A DNA stretch of 63,832 bases, the filler included, from Globobulimina sp. (taxonomy: Eukaryota), in NCBI GenBank assembly GCA_003354225.1. It is 55 parts of 55 records of this genome, joined end to end, with 100 filler letters (N's around TTAATTAATTAA, not from the genome) between each part and the next. Parts side by side here need not be neighbours in the genome. Positions count along the whole stretch, not along the records: positions 48,829 to 49,890 come from PIVH01024531.1; positions 49,991 to 51,052 come from PIVH01024532.1; positions 51,153 to 52,214 come from PIVH01024533.1; positions 52,315 to 53,376 come from PIVH01024534.1; positions 53,477 to 54,538 come from PIVH01024535.1; positions 54,639 to 55,700 come from PIVH01024536.1; positions 55,801 to 56,862 come from PIVH01024537.1; positions 56,963 to 58,024 come from PIVH01024538.1; 47 more parts are not named here. The stretch is one strand, 5' to 3'. Positions 48,829-60,745 of the stretch are shown in pieces; position 1 is the stretch's first letter, and the number at the start of each line of letters is the position of its first letter. The notes below the pieces were generated by a model. It saw nothing but the letters and a program-made list of their open reading frames with translations, searched no databases and was not told where the DNA came from. A program made the position numbers and the translations under genes.

Positions 48829-49641
48829 CAAATATTGCCCAAAATAATCGATCGTCGAGTAAATCGGGCGTATGGTTCCTTCTTTGACTGCCAATTTACA
48901 TTGGATTTTGATGATAATTCATGTATTATGTTTAAATGCGATGATATAATCCATCGAAATGCCATTGAATTTGAAGTGATTTTAAACAGACAAAAAATAT
49001 ATAATCCCTTACATTTTGATTCATCCGATGTATTTACAAATAATTTAGGAATTATTGTGGATTCAATTGAATATCGTACAGCAAAAAGAAACAATGTTCG
49101 TGAGATTCATATCTTATTTAATGCAAAAAAAAAGCATTTTAAATTATCAGAACTGGTTTTAAATTGCACCAAACCAAATAAACACAACACAATAAATCAA
49201 ACCATATCCGATGAAATAGCAACGTTTTTACAACCCCGAAACGATAAAATGGTTATAAGGACATATAGAAAAATATGGAAAGAGCTAAAAAAATATGAAC
49301 CTAAAAATGTAAAAAAAATTGAAAAACATGAAAAATTAATTAAAAAAATATATAATGAACAACAGTTAATTGCAAATAATGAAACAGAGATTGATTATGA
49401 TGATTCTGTGTTGAATTTATATCCAATACAACAATCTATGCATAATAATATAAATAATGGCCATGCGCTGTCATTATATCCTATTGGCATTGCCGGCATT
49501 GTGGTGGCGGATGAAAATAATAATAATTATAACAATCACGTGATAAAAAAGAAAGATTATGAAAAGATTTATTGTGATGTGGTCGTTAAATTAGGAGCGT
49601 GGAATACATTTACAGCAACTGCAAAGAAAAAGAAATATTAA
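48829..49641 (+). CDS. Hypothetical protein C-terminus (possibly HSPA12-like tail)
   Basis: PKIIDRRVNRAYG resembles the IxxRxxxxTYG motif seen at 33298-33333. Confidence 0.4.
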   Translation, partial: QILPKIIDRRVNRAYGSFFDCQFTLDFDDNSCIMFKCDDIIHRNAIEFEVILNRQKIYNPLHFDSSDVFTNNLGIIVDSIEYRTAKRNNVREIHILFNAKKKHFKLSELVLNCTKPNKHNTINQTISDEIATFLQPRNDKMVIRTYRKIWKELKKYEPKNVKKIEKHEKLIKKIYNEQQLIANNETEIDYDDSVLNLYPIQQSMHNNINNGHALSLYPIGIAGIVVADENNNNYNNHVIKKKDYEKIYCDVVVKLGAWNTFTATAKKKKY

Positions 49642-49795
49642 TCTTGCTGCGTTTAGATTGAATATTTAATGGCATTTGAAATTTTAATTTACACTTCAAC
49701 AAAAACAAAAACCTTCTACACTTACTAAACTTTTCACACATCTCCTTCTCCTCTTCGTTCGTTGTTAATAATAACATAAGAAATTGAAATTAAAA

Positions 49796-49890
49796 ATGGC
49801 CGATGAAGACGAATCAGCAGCCATCGTAATCGATAATGGCAGTGGTATGATGAAGGCCGGTTTTGCCGGCGACGATGCTCCGCGAGCAGT
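49796..49890 (+). CDS. ACT: Actin, N-terminus (not in ORF track)
   Basis: [31 protein letters not shown]. Confidence 0.95.
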
Positions 49891-49990
49891 NNNNNNNNNN
49901 NNNNNNNNNNNNNNNNNNNNNNNNNNNNNNNNNNTTAATTAATTAANNNNNNNNNNNNNNNNNNNNNNNNNNNNNNNNNNNNNNNNNNNN

Positions 49991-50486
49991 CAATAACTTC
50001 ACTGATTCTATCTTTACTAGATTTTTTCGGAGGCGACGAAGAAAATTTGTTAAGCAACTTTCTTTTACTAGCACGTTTAACAGGACTTCTTTTCTGCCTT
50101 TTAACATTTCTCGGACTGTTTGGAGGGCTTTTTCTCTTACTATCACGTTTTATAGGACTCGTTTTCTGTCTTTTCACATTCTTAGGACTGTTTCCAGAAC
50201 TTGCCGATCGTTTAACAGTACTTCCTTTCTGTCTTTTCAAATCACTCGGACTGTTTCCACCACTAGCCGGTCGTTTAGTACCACTTCTTTTCAATATTTT
50301 GGGATTCGGACTATTGCCAAAACTGTGAGATCGTTTTATACCATTTGTTTTCTTTCTATTTGAACTGCAATGGCTATCTCGAAAACTTAATGAACGTTTA
50401 AAAGTCTTCTTCCCACCTCTTTGCCAACCAATAGGACTAGTACCATGATTAAACGGAATAAACGGACTTCGTTTTATACCAACCAT
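49991..50486 (-). CDS. Highly basic SP-x-KR repeat protein, putative DNA-condensing protein
   Basis: Repeats of NSPxxxKRQKxSPxKR; N-terminal WQRGG. Confidence 0.6.
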
Positions 50487-51152
50487 TTTTAAAATAACAA
50501 TAAAAGTACAAATACAATCACAACAAATACAATTTAATATTCATTATGTCATAACATTTTCACTTTATTCATTCATAATAAATAAATAAATAAAACAAAA
50601 AACAACTAACTATGTCTGCCCCGGTGCGTCCCGGGTACACCTACGAAGTTGCGAAGACACTAGGCCTATCGTCAATTATATTATTTCTGTAGTTTACGGT
50701 CGATAACATACTTCACTGATAAAAATCAACAAAAACAACAAACTTTATGGGAGTTTAATAAAAAAATCAATTTATCGATTGATAACGACAATGAGGAATG
50801 ACCAGAAAATCACAGCAGAACAAAAAATTAATAAATATAATATATATCACGAAAAATTATCTGACTTTCTGTCCAAGTAGATTGCAAGAAGTCGAAATGG
50901 TCAAAAAATTCGGCATATACAGTTTTCTGTTTAATACAGAGATATACAGTATAGTATGTACCTCTTATCACGATTCTCTGATTCTTCATAATTTTTGGGA
51001 ACAATGTCATCATCAGCATCATCATTTTGTGGTGCTAAAGGAGCTGTACATTNNNNNNNNNNNNNNNNNNNNNNNNNNNNNNNNNNNNNNNNNNNNTTAA
51101 TTAATTAANNNNNNNNNNNNNNNNNNNNNNNNNNNNNNNNNNNNNNNNNNNN

Positions 51153-51784
51153 TTGTTTATACAATATTTCAAATCAGTCAACCAAACTTTATGTGCATTG
51201 CAATACGACGCACAAAGTCCAACAAAGCCAAACCCCGCTCCTAATTCTAACACATTTTTACCTGAAATGTTTAACATTTTGCTTATTGTATCATCATCAT
51301 TATTATGTTTATTATCATTATTATCATCATTATCATCACAGACAGAGAATGTATTACATTCTAATACTTTTGCAAATAAAATAGAAGTATCCCATAAAGT
51401 GTTTCCAGTATCACCATTTTGCTGCTTCATTGATTTTCTCATTTCCTTTTTTAAGTTATTATTTAACATATTTCCAATGTATAAGGCGTTATGATTTATA
51501 GTGAATTTACTTTTGTATTTACATAATGTTTTTAAACTCATTACCTCGTTGCTGTAGAGATACGGGAAATATTGAGTCAGATCAAATTGTCTGCCTGTTA
51601 TTGCCAATGGTAATTCCTTATTATTATTATTATTTTCTTTTACAGTTTGAATGATTATCCATTCTTTCTTTTCATAGTCATACTCTCGAACTGACCCATC
51701 ATGACTGACATGCCTTTTCCTGTCTCGTTTAGTGTTCATTATGTTTAAGATCAATAACAATATTACTAATAATATTGAAACCAT
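51153..51784 (-). CDS. Lysine methyltransferase (METTL21/family 16), 3'-partial
   Basis: DTGNTLWDTSILFA, GKNVLELGAGFGFVGL, VWLTDL. Confidence 0.9.
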
Positions 51785-52316
51785 TAAAAGCAGTTCACGC
51801 GCAGCAAATGGCTACTATTAATGAAACATTTTGTTCTCAAAGTCAGTAAAATCATGAATTTCAAAGTCAGCAAAATTCCGTATTTATTTTCTTTTGTACC
51901 AAACCAGGTTGCGTATACAATAAAAAATCAGGAGTCACGTTCACGCGAAAAAAAACCCCAAAATAATAAAATAAACAGGAATTCATTCACATTCACATTT
52001 AAAAACCATGTAATTATCTCCACAAACAAACAAAATATGGACAAAAAAATGGTATAAATAAATGGAATGAAAAACAATTGAGTGGATTGAAGAAAAAACA
52101 ATAGAAAACAAAAAAAATGAAACCAACATGACACCAAACACAGTAAAGAAAAATATGGACAATGAATAATAAACACATAAGATTGAAAAAAAATATATGA
52201 AATATGTAATATGTNNNNNNNNNNNNNNNNNNNNNNNNNNNNNNNNNNNNNNNNNNNNTTAATTAATTAANNNNNNNNNNNNNNNNNNNNNNNNNNNNNN
52301 NNNNNNNNNNNNNNAT

Positions 52317-53376
52317 CGAAAATCGTCGAAATTTTCTCAAAATCGTGGCAAATCGTCAGGTAAAAGGTACAGTATCGTTCCCTCTCATGTTACCTGTTGG
52401 AGATGCGGTGAAAAGGGACATTTTCGCAGTGAGTGCACTGTTATTCGTCGTGTTCCCTATCGAAAACACAAACATTCATTTTCAAGTGAAAATAATCGCC
52501 AAAACAGTACCCCAATCGTTGCTCAGAACATTCCTTGTGGTTCGAAACACATTGCAATGGATTCAGGAGTCAATGCTCATATGACATTTGATGGCAACAC
52601 TCTGTCAGGCTATAAGAAGTTCAATGTTCCCAAATTGGTGTCTTATTACAATGGTACCTATGCTACAGCTATTGGAACCGGTACTTTGACCCTACAAGTG
52701 ACACAAAGTAACATTGTTTCTTATATTTTGTTATCAAATTGCCTACATGTCCCTGAGTTGCCCTGTCATGTCATGTCAATCAGTACTTTTATGGCAAACA
52801 GTGGTTTCAAAGCTGAGTTTAGTGAAAATTCTGCTTCAATCATGTCCAAGTGTGGTCAAGTGATATTGTGTGGCCACAAAGTCAATGGTATATATCAAGC
52901 TGATGCAATGGTCGTGCATGCAGCACAGTCCAGTTCGGATCAGGAACATGGACAACACTCTTTTTTGTCGAAGTCTGATAGCTTGGCTTCAAATCTTTCC
53001 AAAGCTATAGTATTAGGTGACAAATCGTTCTATAATGCTGATAAATCGCAGATACTTTCAGGAGGAGCAAATAGCCTGGCCAGGATGCATTCTTGCTCAT
53101 CTGTGGATGTTGATCAGTGTCAAATGACAGGAGGAGGCAAACAGAAGCTTGCAAGCATCTCAGTTGGATGTAAAACGACCTCCCGTGATTCTGTCAAGTC
53201 ATGTCGCCAAAAGAAGACTCTCAGTTCAACGAAGTTGGTGGGGGCTGCCACAAATGGAGAGCAATCAACAGCCCCACAGATCGGTGACCAAGGTATTTTG
53301 TCTGATAAGAACTGTGCTGCTGTCTTTTCAGGAGAAACCGCTGATCAATCGTTGAAGTTGGGCCGTTCGTCCGCAG
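52317..53376 (+). mobile_element. Ty1/copia retrotransposon gag-protease fragment
   Basis: In-frame zinc knuckle CWRCGEKGHFRSEC, then DSGVNAHMT...GTGTL...LSNCLHVPEL...MSIS...G...NGIY. Confidence 0.85.
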
Positions 53377-53814
53377 NNNNNNNNNNNNNNNNNNNNNNNN
53401 NNNNNNNNNNNNNNNNNNNNTTAATTAATTAANNNNNNNNNNNNNNNNNNNNNNNNNNNNNNNNNNNNNNNNNNNNAGTGAAGATGATAATGATCCACCA
53501 ATAATTGATGATAGTGAACATTCAAGCGATCAAGAAGTTATTGACGAAATGATTAAAGAAAATCTATTAAGTAGAGTGTTCAATGAAGTGGAGGATATGG
53601 ATGTTGATGCATAAAATATTGAATCAAAGAAAATTTAAAAATATACAAGACATTTGTTTTGAATGACATGTGTTTTTTTATTGCTTTGATAAAATTTGAA
53701 TTTTTAATTTATTCAGACTTGTACTTTTTGTTGAACCTCTAGCAAACCATAACCTGCAGAAGCTAAATTTGTCTTGTACCTTGAGTATTAGACCCTGTCT
53801 TCTGAACCCATGCT

Positions 53815-53915
53815 TCTTGCCTCTGGGTCTATCTTGCCTCGTGATGTATCTTGGCTCTTTGTATATCTTGCCTCTTTGTATCTCTTACATCTATGTCTAT
53901 CTTGCCTCTGGGTCT
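53815..53915. repeat. Degenerate short tandem repeat (TATCTTGCCTCT core)
   Basis: Several copies visible. Confidence 0.7.
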
Positions 53916-54018
53916 ATCGCCCCGCAATGCAACTCTGTTGCCCCCTAATACATGTTCATATAATTAAAAACATATAAGTAGTGCTTTCTTATATCATTGA
54001 TTAATTTATGGGATATAA

Positions 54019-54515
54019 TAGTTGCGTATCTAAACTTTGCATATGTTGATCGCAAAGTGAAAGCGGTGTATAGATGACAGGCAACATTTTCATTTTCACT
54101 AAGTTTTAGTAAGCTGATACATCACTGATTAGTAAAATCTATACACCGCTTTCACTTTGCGATCAACTATTTTAATTTAGATACGCAACTAGAAAATAGT
54201 TTCCCAGAGGAAAATTTTAATGAAATTTCGCATAAGTCTATTTTAATTCGACTTATGCGAAATAGTTTCCCAGAGGAAACTTTAATATGTGCAAAAGTTG
54301 ATGATTGGCCACGATGTATAGATAAGATTATACAGAAATGTGTGTATTCAGAGCATAAATATATGAAATAAAGAAAAGAAGTCACAAGACATCAAACAGA
54401 TTTTAAATACTTGTCTTATGACTTGTTTTTTTTTTCTTTCACTTTTTTTTTTCCACCTACATATATGCATATCTCTACTGTATATATTATCGTGGCCAAC
54501 CATCAACTTTTGCAC
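54019..54515. repeat. Two adjacent inverted-repeat (MITE-like) units
   Basis: 31-bp perfect IR 54045-54075/54137-54167 with outer IR 54019-54034/54176-54191; second IR 54289-54315/54489-54515. Confidence 0.8.
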
Positions 54516-54641
54516 ATCTTAATTTGCAAGAGCTGATTNNNNNNNNNNNNNNNNNNNNNNNNNNNNNNNNNNNNNNNNNNNNTTAATTAATTAANNNNNN
54601 NNNNNNNNNNNNNNNNNNNNNNNNNNNNNNNNNNNNNNAAA

Positions 54642-54821
54642 GTACCCAATATACAAAAGTTAAAAAGTGGAAACATAAATTACAGTTCATTTTTCAAACA
54701 TCAGTCAAATGGTGTGCCAGTAGATATAGGTTTTATAACAGATACAAGTTTGATAGAACTTCCATTAATGAACTGTAAATTATGTTTCGACTTTTCGAGT
54801 TAAATATCGTATGTAGGGTAC
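54642..54821. mobile_element. MITE-like element with long imperfect terminal inverted repeats
   Basis: GTACCC...aaaagtggaaacataaattacagttcatt / aatgaactgtaaattatgtttcgactttt...GGGTAC. Confidence 0.6.
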
Positions 54822-54971
54822 ATTTGTACCCTGAACACATTGCTGCTAAGCATTTTTCATAATTCGAATTGCAAACACCTCTATATAAGGAACAATGATA
54901 ATACGTTTCTACGATACAATAATGAAACGGTACGTATATACATACACTGCTTACAAGTCCATAAAAACCTT

Positions 54972-55511
54972 ACCTCTTCCTCTCCTGGTTGTCCCGTCGT
55001 TCGGATTCGTACTTTGCACTGTGAACGTTTCTGGCAGGTCCATATTTCCTCTCCATTTTTGGAACGTTGACTCGTAAGGGTGAACGTAAAGCCTTCATGT
55101 ACAAAAACACGTCCATTTCGTTTGGTCGTTGCCATTTCTTGATTGCGAAAGGTAAAAGTGACGTTTTTGGACCATACAAAACTTTCGAATGACCAAGTGA
55201 AATATTTGTGACCCGAGTATGACCTTTATCTTACATAATACTAGTGCCACCTGCTGTGAAACAAAGCACTTTTGACGCGTAGACCCTATACGTGACATTT
55301 ATGGTCAGATTTACCCCTAGGCATATGCATAACTCTTTCTTTTGCGTGGAATGTGTTTGGACATGTCAATGGGTCAATATCTAAGTTAAAACAGCTAAAA
55401 TAACATTAAAATAACTTAAAATAACACTATAGCACGAAACGTCCCTTAGCACGAAACGGTCCAGTACGAAACGGTCAACACGAACTGGCCAGCACGAAAC
55501 GTCCTAGACCC
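54972..55511 (-). mobile_element. Mutator-like (MULE) element end with FLYWCH-type first exon (54972-55135)
   Basis: TTKRNGRVFVHEGFTF...IWTCQKRSQCKVRIRT then GTAAG donor; tandem AGCACGAAACGTCC repeats 55431-55504 ending at a GGG terminus. Confidence 0.68.
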
Positions 55512-55517
55512 GCAATT

Positions 55518-55665
55518 TAGACATGAGCACGGGCCTGAAAAAAACGGCCCGGCCCGTCAGCTGAACCCCACGGCCTGTGCCCGGCCTGACCCGTCGAAAA
55601 TGGAGCATCGGCCCGCCCGGGCCCGGCCCGTTTCCAAAATTTCAGGCCCGCGGCCCGGCCCGTTC
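55518..55665 (+). mobile_element. hAT-like transposon end with GGCCCG subterminal repeats
   Basis: TAGACATG start (compare Ac TAGGGATG); dense CGGCCC/GGGCC repeats. Confidence 0.55.
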
Positions 55666-55807
55666 AAAAAATGTCAAAATTTTCTACTAAGATTCTAAAA
55701 NNNNNNNNNNNNNNNNNNNNNNNNNNNNNNNNNNNNNNNNNNNNTTAATTAATTAANNNNNNNNNNNNNNNNNNNNNNNNNNNNNNNNNNNNNNNNNNNN
55801 AATATGT

Positions 55808-56725
55808 TTATTGTGTTTTATTTGCTACAGATTCGATTGGTTTAAATTCACCATCCTGATAAGTTTGAATTAAATATTGTTTAATATCCTCAGATTCAAA
55901 CATATCACTTCCTGTATTTGGATCAAGTAAAACAGGAACTTGTATCATACCCATTTTCTTTCTAAAAGCAGATATTTTACCATCATATTTCTCTTTAAAT
56001 TGCTTTCTTTTTTGTCTTTAGCCATATGCCACATTTCGTAAAATATAAGCAATCTCTAAGGATGATAATACCTCTCTTACTTTTTTACAATAAATCGACG
56101 GTTCCAAGCTCCAAAGTTCTAACATTTGTTTCGGTTTTTTCGAGGGAATACGCATTAAACCATGTTCCGGAAATGATCGTAAAATGGAAGAATAATATAA
56201 AAAAATAAACGATACTTTAGTCGAACCTAAAATATATGATCGAGTTTTAGATGCTTTATTACCGTACATTTTCCATAAATATTCAATAATATTATCAGCT
56301 TTGTACATAATTAACGGTTTATTATCGGCAGCAATGGTATTTTCATCCACTAATAATGGAAATGTACATTTCCCTGCGGCTAATTGTTTTGCTTCTGGTC
56401 TATAACGAGAGTCTTTTACAAATCCATCACTTTTAAACGTCTCGCGAGGACATGGAATTATAATCACATCTAAATCTAATACACATAATGTTTCGCGTAC
56501 TTTACGACAAAAGGGACAGCCTTCATACTCGTACAACTTTAATAATTTTTCTGGTTTGTTGCAATCTTTAACGCCATTTGCAACGTGGTATCCGGAAAAA
56601 AAACGAACTACAGATGCTGTAATAAATAAGGTGAATAAATCAAGATAATACCCAATAAACGGTAAATTGTAAGAAAATCTTAATATTGGCTCGATAATAC
56701 TAATAAACTGTGCTGAAACACGCAT
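55808..56725 (-). CDS. Tandem glutaredoxin/GST-N domain protein, in-frame TAA at 56018-56020
   Basis: LYEYEGCPFCRKVRE; second domain YCKKVREVLSSLE; frame continues after the stop as ...IQVPVLLDPNTGSDMFESEDIKQYLIQTY. Confidence 0.85.
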
Positions 56726-56962
56726 GGCAAACTACAAAATGGACAAAGATAAGATAACTAAAAATGAGTAGGTGATTGGGGTGAGGTTTTTTTACTCCAA
56801 ACGTGCCTTCACTAAGATTTGAATAAGGGAATGTTATGTTATTGAAGGGTAATAATTTAAAANNNNNNNNNNNNNNNNNNNNNNNNNNNNNNNNNNNNNN
56901 NNNNNNTTAATTAATTAANNNNNNNNNNNNNNNNNNNNNNNNNNNNNNNNNNNNNNNNNNNN

Positions 56963-58024
56963 AAATGTTTAAGTTGTAATATAATATTAAAATTTGAGGA
57001 TGTTCGCCATATTCGATTACAGGAAAAGGTGAAAAACTGCCATGGAGCGGTCATGGCTTGGCATGTCAAGCAAGAAACATTAGGTCTCAATTTCAGCAAA
57101 AACATGCTGCAGAATGCAAATAGACACTATTGCTGCAGTTGCAATTGCAGCCACATCACGCATTCGTGCGTGAGGGACATTGTTGATTCATGGTATGTCA
57201 CCTTATTAGTTTACGCAGTCATTTTATACGATTTAAGTATTTTCTTTTACGTCGAATCACATCGTTTGTTTTGGAACATTCCGGATGGAATCAAAGAGTA
57301 TGAATCAGACTTAGTGATTTATTTAACTTTGCTAGCTTTGACATTGTATTCCATTGAGATCATATTTCGCATTTATGGCTATGGCAAACACTTTGATGGT
57401 ACGCCGATAAACAATAAATATGATTTGAATAACTTTAGCCAGAAACACAGCAAATACTGCAGTTGTTGCGTTTGCTTCAAATACTTATATGGATATATAA
57501 CGCGTGGATGCATAGAATTTACCGATTTATTCATCATATTCTTATCATTCCTGCTAACCATCGTAGACATAATCTACGTCGACAGCAAATATTTACCTTT
57601 TTTCTACGAAATACTGCGTTTGCTACGCATAATAATGCGCATAATATTTCAGTTGTCATACACAGCAAAATGTATCCGTTTGATAGTGCGCGTAAACAGA
57701 CAGACTTACTTTGATGCTTCCTTTGATTTGGATTTATGTTATATTGTATACCCGCGCTATTTAGTAATGTCGTGGCCGTCGTTAGGCATTGAGTCGTTGT
57801 ATCGAAACCCGTTGGGCCGCGTCGCTAAATTCTTAAATAAATACCACGGCGATAACTACTTAATCTTTGATCTATGTCTAGAACGTTCCTACGATGACAT
57901 CTTGTTCAATGGCCGTGTGATGCGTTCGCGTGCCATGACGGACCACTCTGTCTGTTCCTTGTCGGATATGTTTGAGTTCGCCCAGTTGGTGCACCTCTTC
58001 TTGCAGCATAACCCCATTCATTGT
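56963..58024 (+). CDS. Voltage-sensing phosphatase (VSP/TPTE-like): voltage sensor + PTEN-type phosphatase, partial
   Basis: S2 YSIEIIFRIY, S3 FTDLFII, S4 LRLLRIIMRI; FDLDLCYI, MSWPS.GIESLYRNP...KFL...H, CLERSYD, DH. Confidence 0.88.
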
Positions 58025-58341
58025 NNNNNNNNNNNNNNNNNNNNNNNNNNNNNNNNNNNNNNNNNNNNTTAATTAATTAANNNNNNNNNNNNNNNNNNNN
58101 NNNNNNNNNNNNNNNNNNNNNNNNTTTTTTATGGTAGCATTTAACTATATATGCATGCATTTAAATTTTCGAAAAAAACTGGAGGTAACTGGAGGTTGGA
58201 AATGCCAAATGTCGATTTTTTTTAAAACGCATCGACAAAAATTCTATACATTTTGCACCCGATAGAATTTGGATAGCATCAGTATTGCGGAAGTTACAAG
58301 CATTTTGATTTTGGCGATTAGTCATCTATACTGACAAAATC

Positions 58342-58872
58342 TCAAACAAGTTCCATGTGCTTTTTAGCAATATCTGCTTTATCTGCTTTTTGAGGTTGTT
58401 GCCTCTGTTTCGATCGAACCTGTCTTTGATGATGCGGTGGAACTTGAGATTTGGTGCATATCTTCGTGATGATCTTATCAATTAATTCCTTCTTATTTCC
58501 TTGAGATGATATTCTAAGCGATTTACATTTTTTTTTCAAAAAAACGATGCTTTTTCTTAATAATTTCTCTCTTTCGTCGTGCTCTGTTTGTTGAGCTTTA
58601 TCCAGTTTGCATTTCATCATTTCGCTCAAATCGATTACTTTCATACTTGCGGTTACATTCAATGTCCTGTTTTTTGTTTGTTGCATATAATTTTCGTTGC
58701 ATATAATTTGTATATCACATACAAGTTTGGAAGAGATGCATTTTTTAATTTCTATGAGTCTAATTAATGAATAAACTACATTTAGATCCTTTATACGGGC
58801 TGCAGCGTTTTCAAATTCTGACCCAAAATTATTGTGGATTGATTTGATACATGTACGTGAAACGCCGACCAT
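58342..58872 (-). CDS. SAP-domain protein
   Basis: IVFLKKKCKSLRISSQGNKKELIDKI. Confidence 0.65.
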   Translation of the reverse strand: MVGVSRTCIKSIHNNFGSEFENAAARIKDLNVVYSLIRLIEIKKCISSKLVCDIQIICNENYMQQTKNRTLNVTASMKVIDLSEMMKCKLDKAQQTEHDEREKLLRKSIVFLKKKCKSLRISSQGNKKELIDKIITKICTKSQVPPHHQRQVRSKQRQQPQKADKADIAKKHMELV

Positions 58873-58964
58873 AATTTACACCTATTTTGTCCAGAAACGG
58901 TTCAAATATGTGACCATTAAAAAAACAAAGATCTATAACATAACAAAACAATAAATTATTATAA

Positions 58965-59186
58965 TTATTTAGCAGTATCTTGAATATTCGGAGCAAGAAT
59001 GGCCTGAATAGCTCCTTCAATTTGTAAATATTGCTGATTCTGAATTTGCGGATTTTTATTTTTCTGTTTATATTTTTGAATGAAAAGAAGAATTTTTTTG
59101 CGATGTCCTTTTTTGTGGATGGCCATATCGATTAAATCCTGCTCATTGATGCTATTTGTAATTGTAAGCATATCCTCATAGCCATC
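58965..59186 (-). CDS. SAM-domain protein C-terminus
   Basis: DGYEDMLTI...INEQDLIDMAIHKKGHRKKIL. Confidence 0.8.
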   Translation of the reverse strand, partial: DGYEDMLTITNSINEQDLIDMAIHKKGHRKKILLFIQKYKQKNKNPQIQNQQYLQIEGAIQAILAPNIQDTAK

Positions 59187-59936
59187 NNNNNNNNNNNNNN
59201 NNNNNNNNNNNNNNNNNNNNNNNNNNNNNNTTAATTAATTAANNNNNNNNNNNNNNNNNNNNNNNNNNNNNNNNNNNNNNNNNNNNTATTCAGTAGAGCC
59301 AAATCGTCAGGAATTGAAAGGGTCGAATTGCATTCGGGTTTTGTTAAACAAATTACTTTGATAATGGTCTTGATAGAGGACGCTATTTATTTTGGAATAA
59401 GAATGGTGAGATTGTTGATGCTGGGAAATACATGATTTGATATAAGCGAATTAATGATAAAGATAATAAATATCCATTTAAAATAAAGATGGAGATGTTT
59501 AGCAGTTCAGTTAAGCAAAGTTTTGCTGCAACAGATAATAATTTGGATGTAAATGCAGATGCTATGAGAAAATGGGCCAATGCTTTTTTAAAATGTTATT
59601 CTAATTTTGATGGGATTGAATGCAGAAATATTGTTGATGAGGACATATTGATTAAAGATTCAGTTCAAAATGAATATGATATTATCAATATATTGACAAT
59701 AAATTTCAAATTCAAAAAAAACAAATCACTAATCATAAAATCAAGAAAATTACACAAAATAAAGTAGAGATTACATTTACTGCAAACTTTGAAATTGATG
59801 CTAAAGAAACGCAAGCGAATGTAGTAATTGTTGCTTGCTTTGAATTGATATTGATTACAAAGCAGCACACGCAGATAAAGCCGAATTATAACATGTACAT
59901 TTTGTTGAAGAAAACTTTTTTACTGTTTTTGTCGCC

Positions 59937-60348
59937 ATGTCAGTTTGCGAAATAACAAACACAGTTGAGCCAAATGGAAGACGATTTGGACCATACGGAA
60001 ACTGGATGCTTTCATTCGTTGGTCAGACTCTGACAGATTCTAATTATAATATTATAAAATGGAGTGCAACTTTTGCTTTAGCCAGTACAACTGCAATTGT
60101 TTGTCGATTTGTGTATAAAGCAATTGTTGATCCAATTCATGTTATATGGGATCTTGTATGTTATCTTGCAATCGGATGTATGCGTATACTTTTATTATTT
60201 ATATCCTTATCCGAAATACCTAGGATGCGACTATTTTATCCTCTCATTTATTACCTTGTGAAGAACGTTTCTCTTCAACCAAACATCCAGACTATTTTGA
60301 CCAAATTGACGATGATTTTTCATTTGAAGAAGGTACTCCAAACACAAG
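59937..60348 (+). CDS. Membrane-anchored HAD/FCP1(NIF)-like phosphatase, intron 60156-60223, 3'-partial
   Basis: Splicing the 68-nt GT-AG intron restores HVIWDLDATILSS (DxDxT motif) after a TM helix. Confidence 0.7.
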
Positions 60349-60460
60349 NNNNNNNNNNNNNNNNNNNNNNNNNNNNNNNNNNNNNNNNNNNNTTAATTAA
60401 TTAANNNNNNNNNNNNNNNNNNNNNNNNNNNNNNNNNNNNNNNNNNNNTGAACATGGTCA

Positions 60461-60745
60461 ATCAAAAACAAATGCATTTTGTGTCTCCTTGCCCCACTCA
60501 TTCAAAAATATAAGGCAAAGTCTTGCAAATATTAGAAAACAAATGTATTTTGTGGCTCCTTGCCCCACTCATTCAAAAATATAAGGCAAAGTCTTGCAGA
60601 TATCAAAAAACAAATGCATTTTGTGGCTCCTTGCCCCGCGCATTAAAAATTATAAGAGAAAGTCGAGCAGATTTCAAATGGAAATACATTTGTGCCTCTT
60701 TGCCCCACGCATTGAAAAATATGAGCGAAAATCTTGCAGATTTTA
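60461..60745. repeat. ~71-bp tandem repeat, 4 diverging copies
   Basis: aaacaaatgcattttgtg.ctccttgcccc...aaaaatataag...tcttgcagat. Confidence 0.85.

Noticed and set aside
60461-60745. CRISPR array
   Set aside because: Whole ~71-bp unit repeats with no unique spacers; minisatellite
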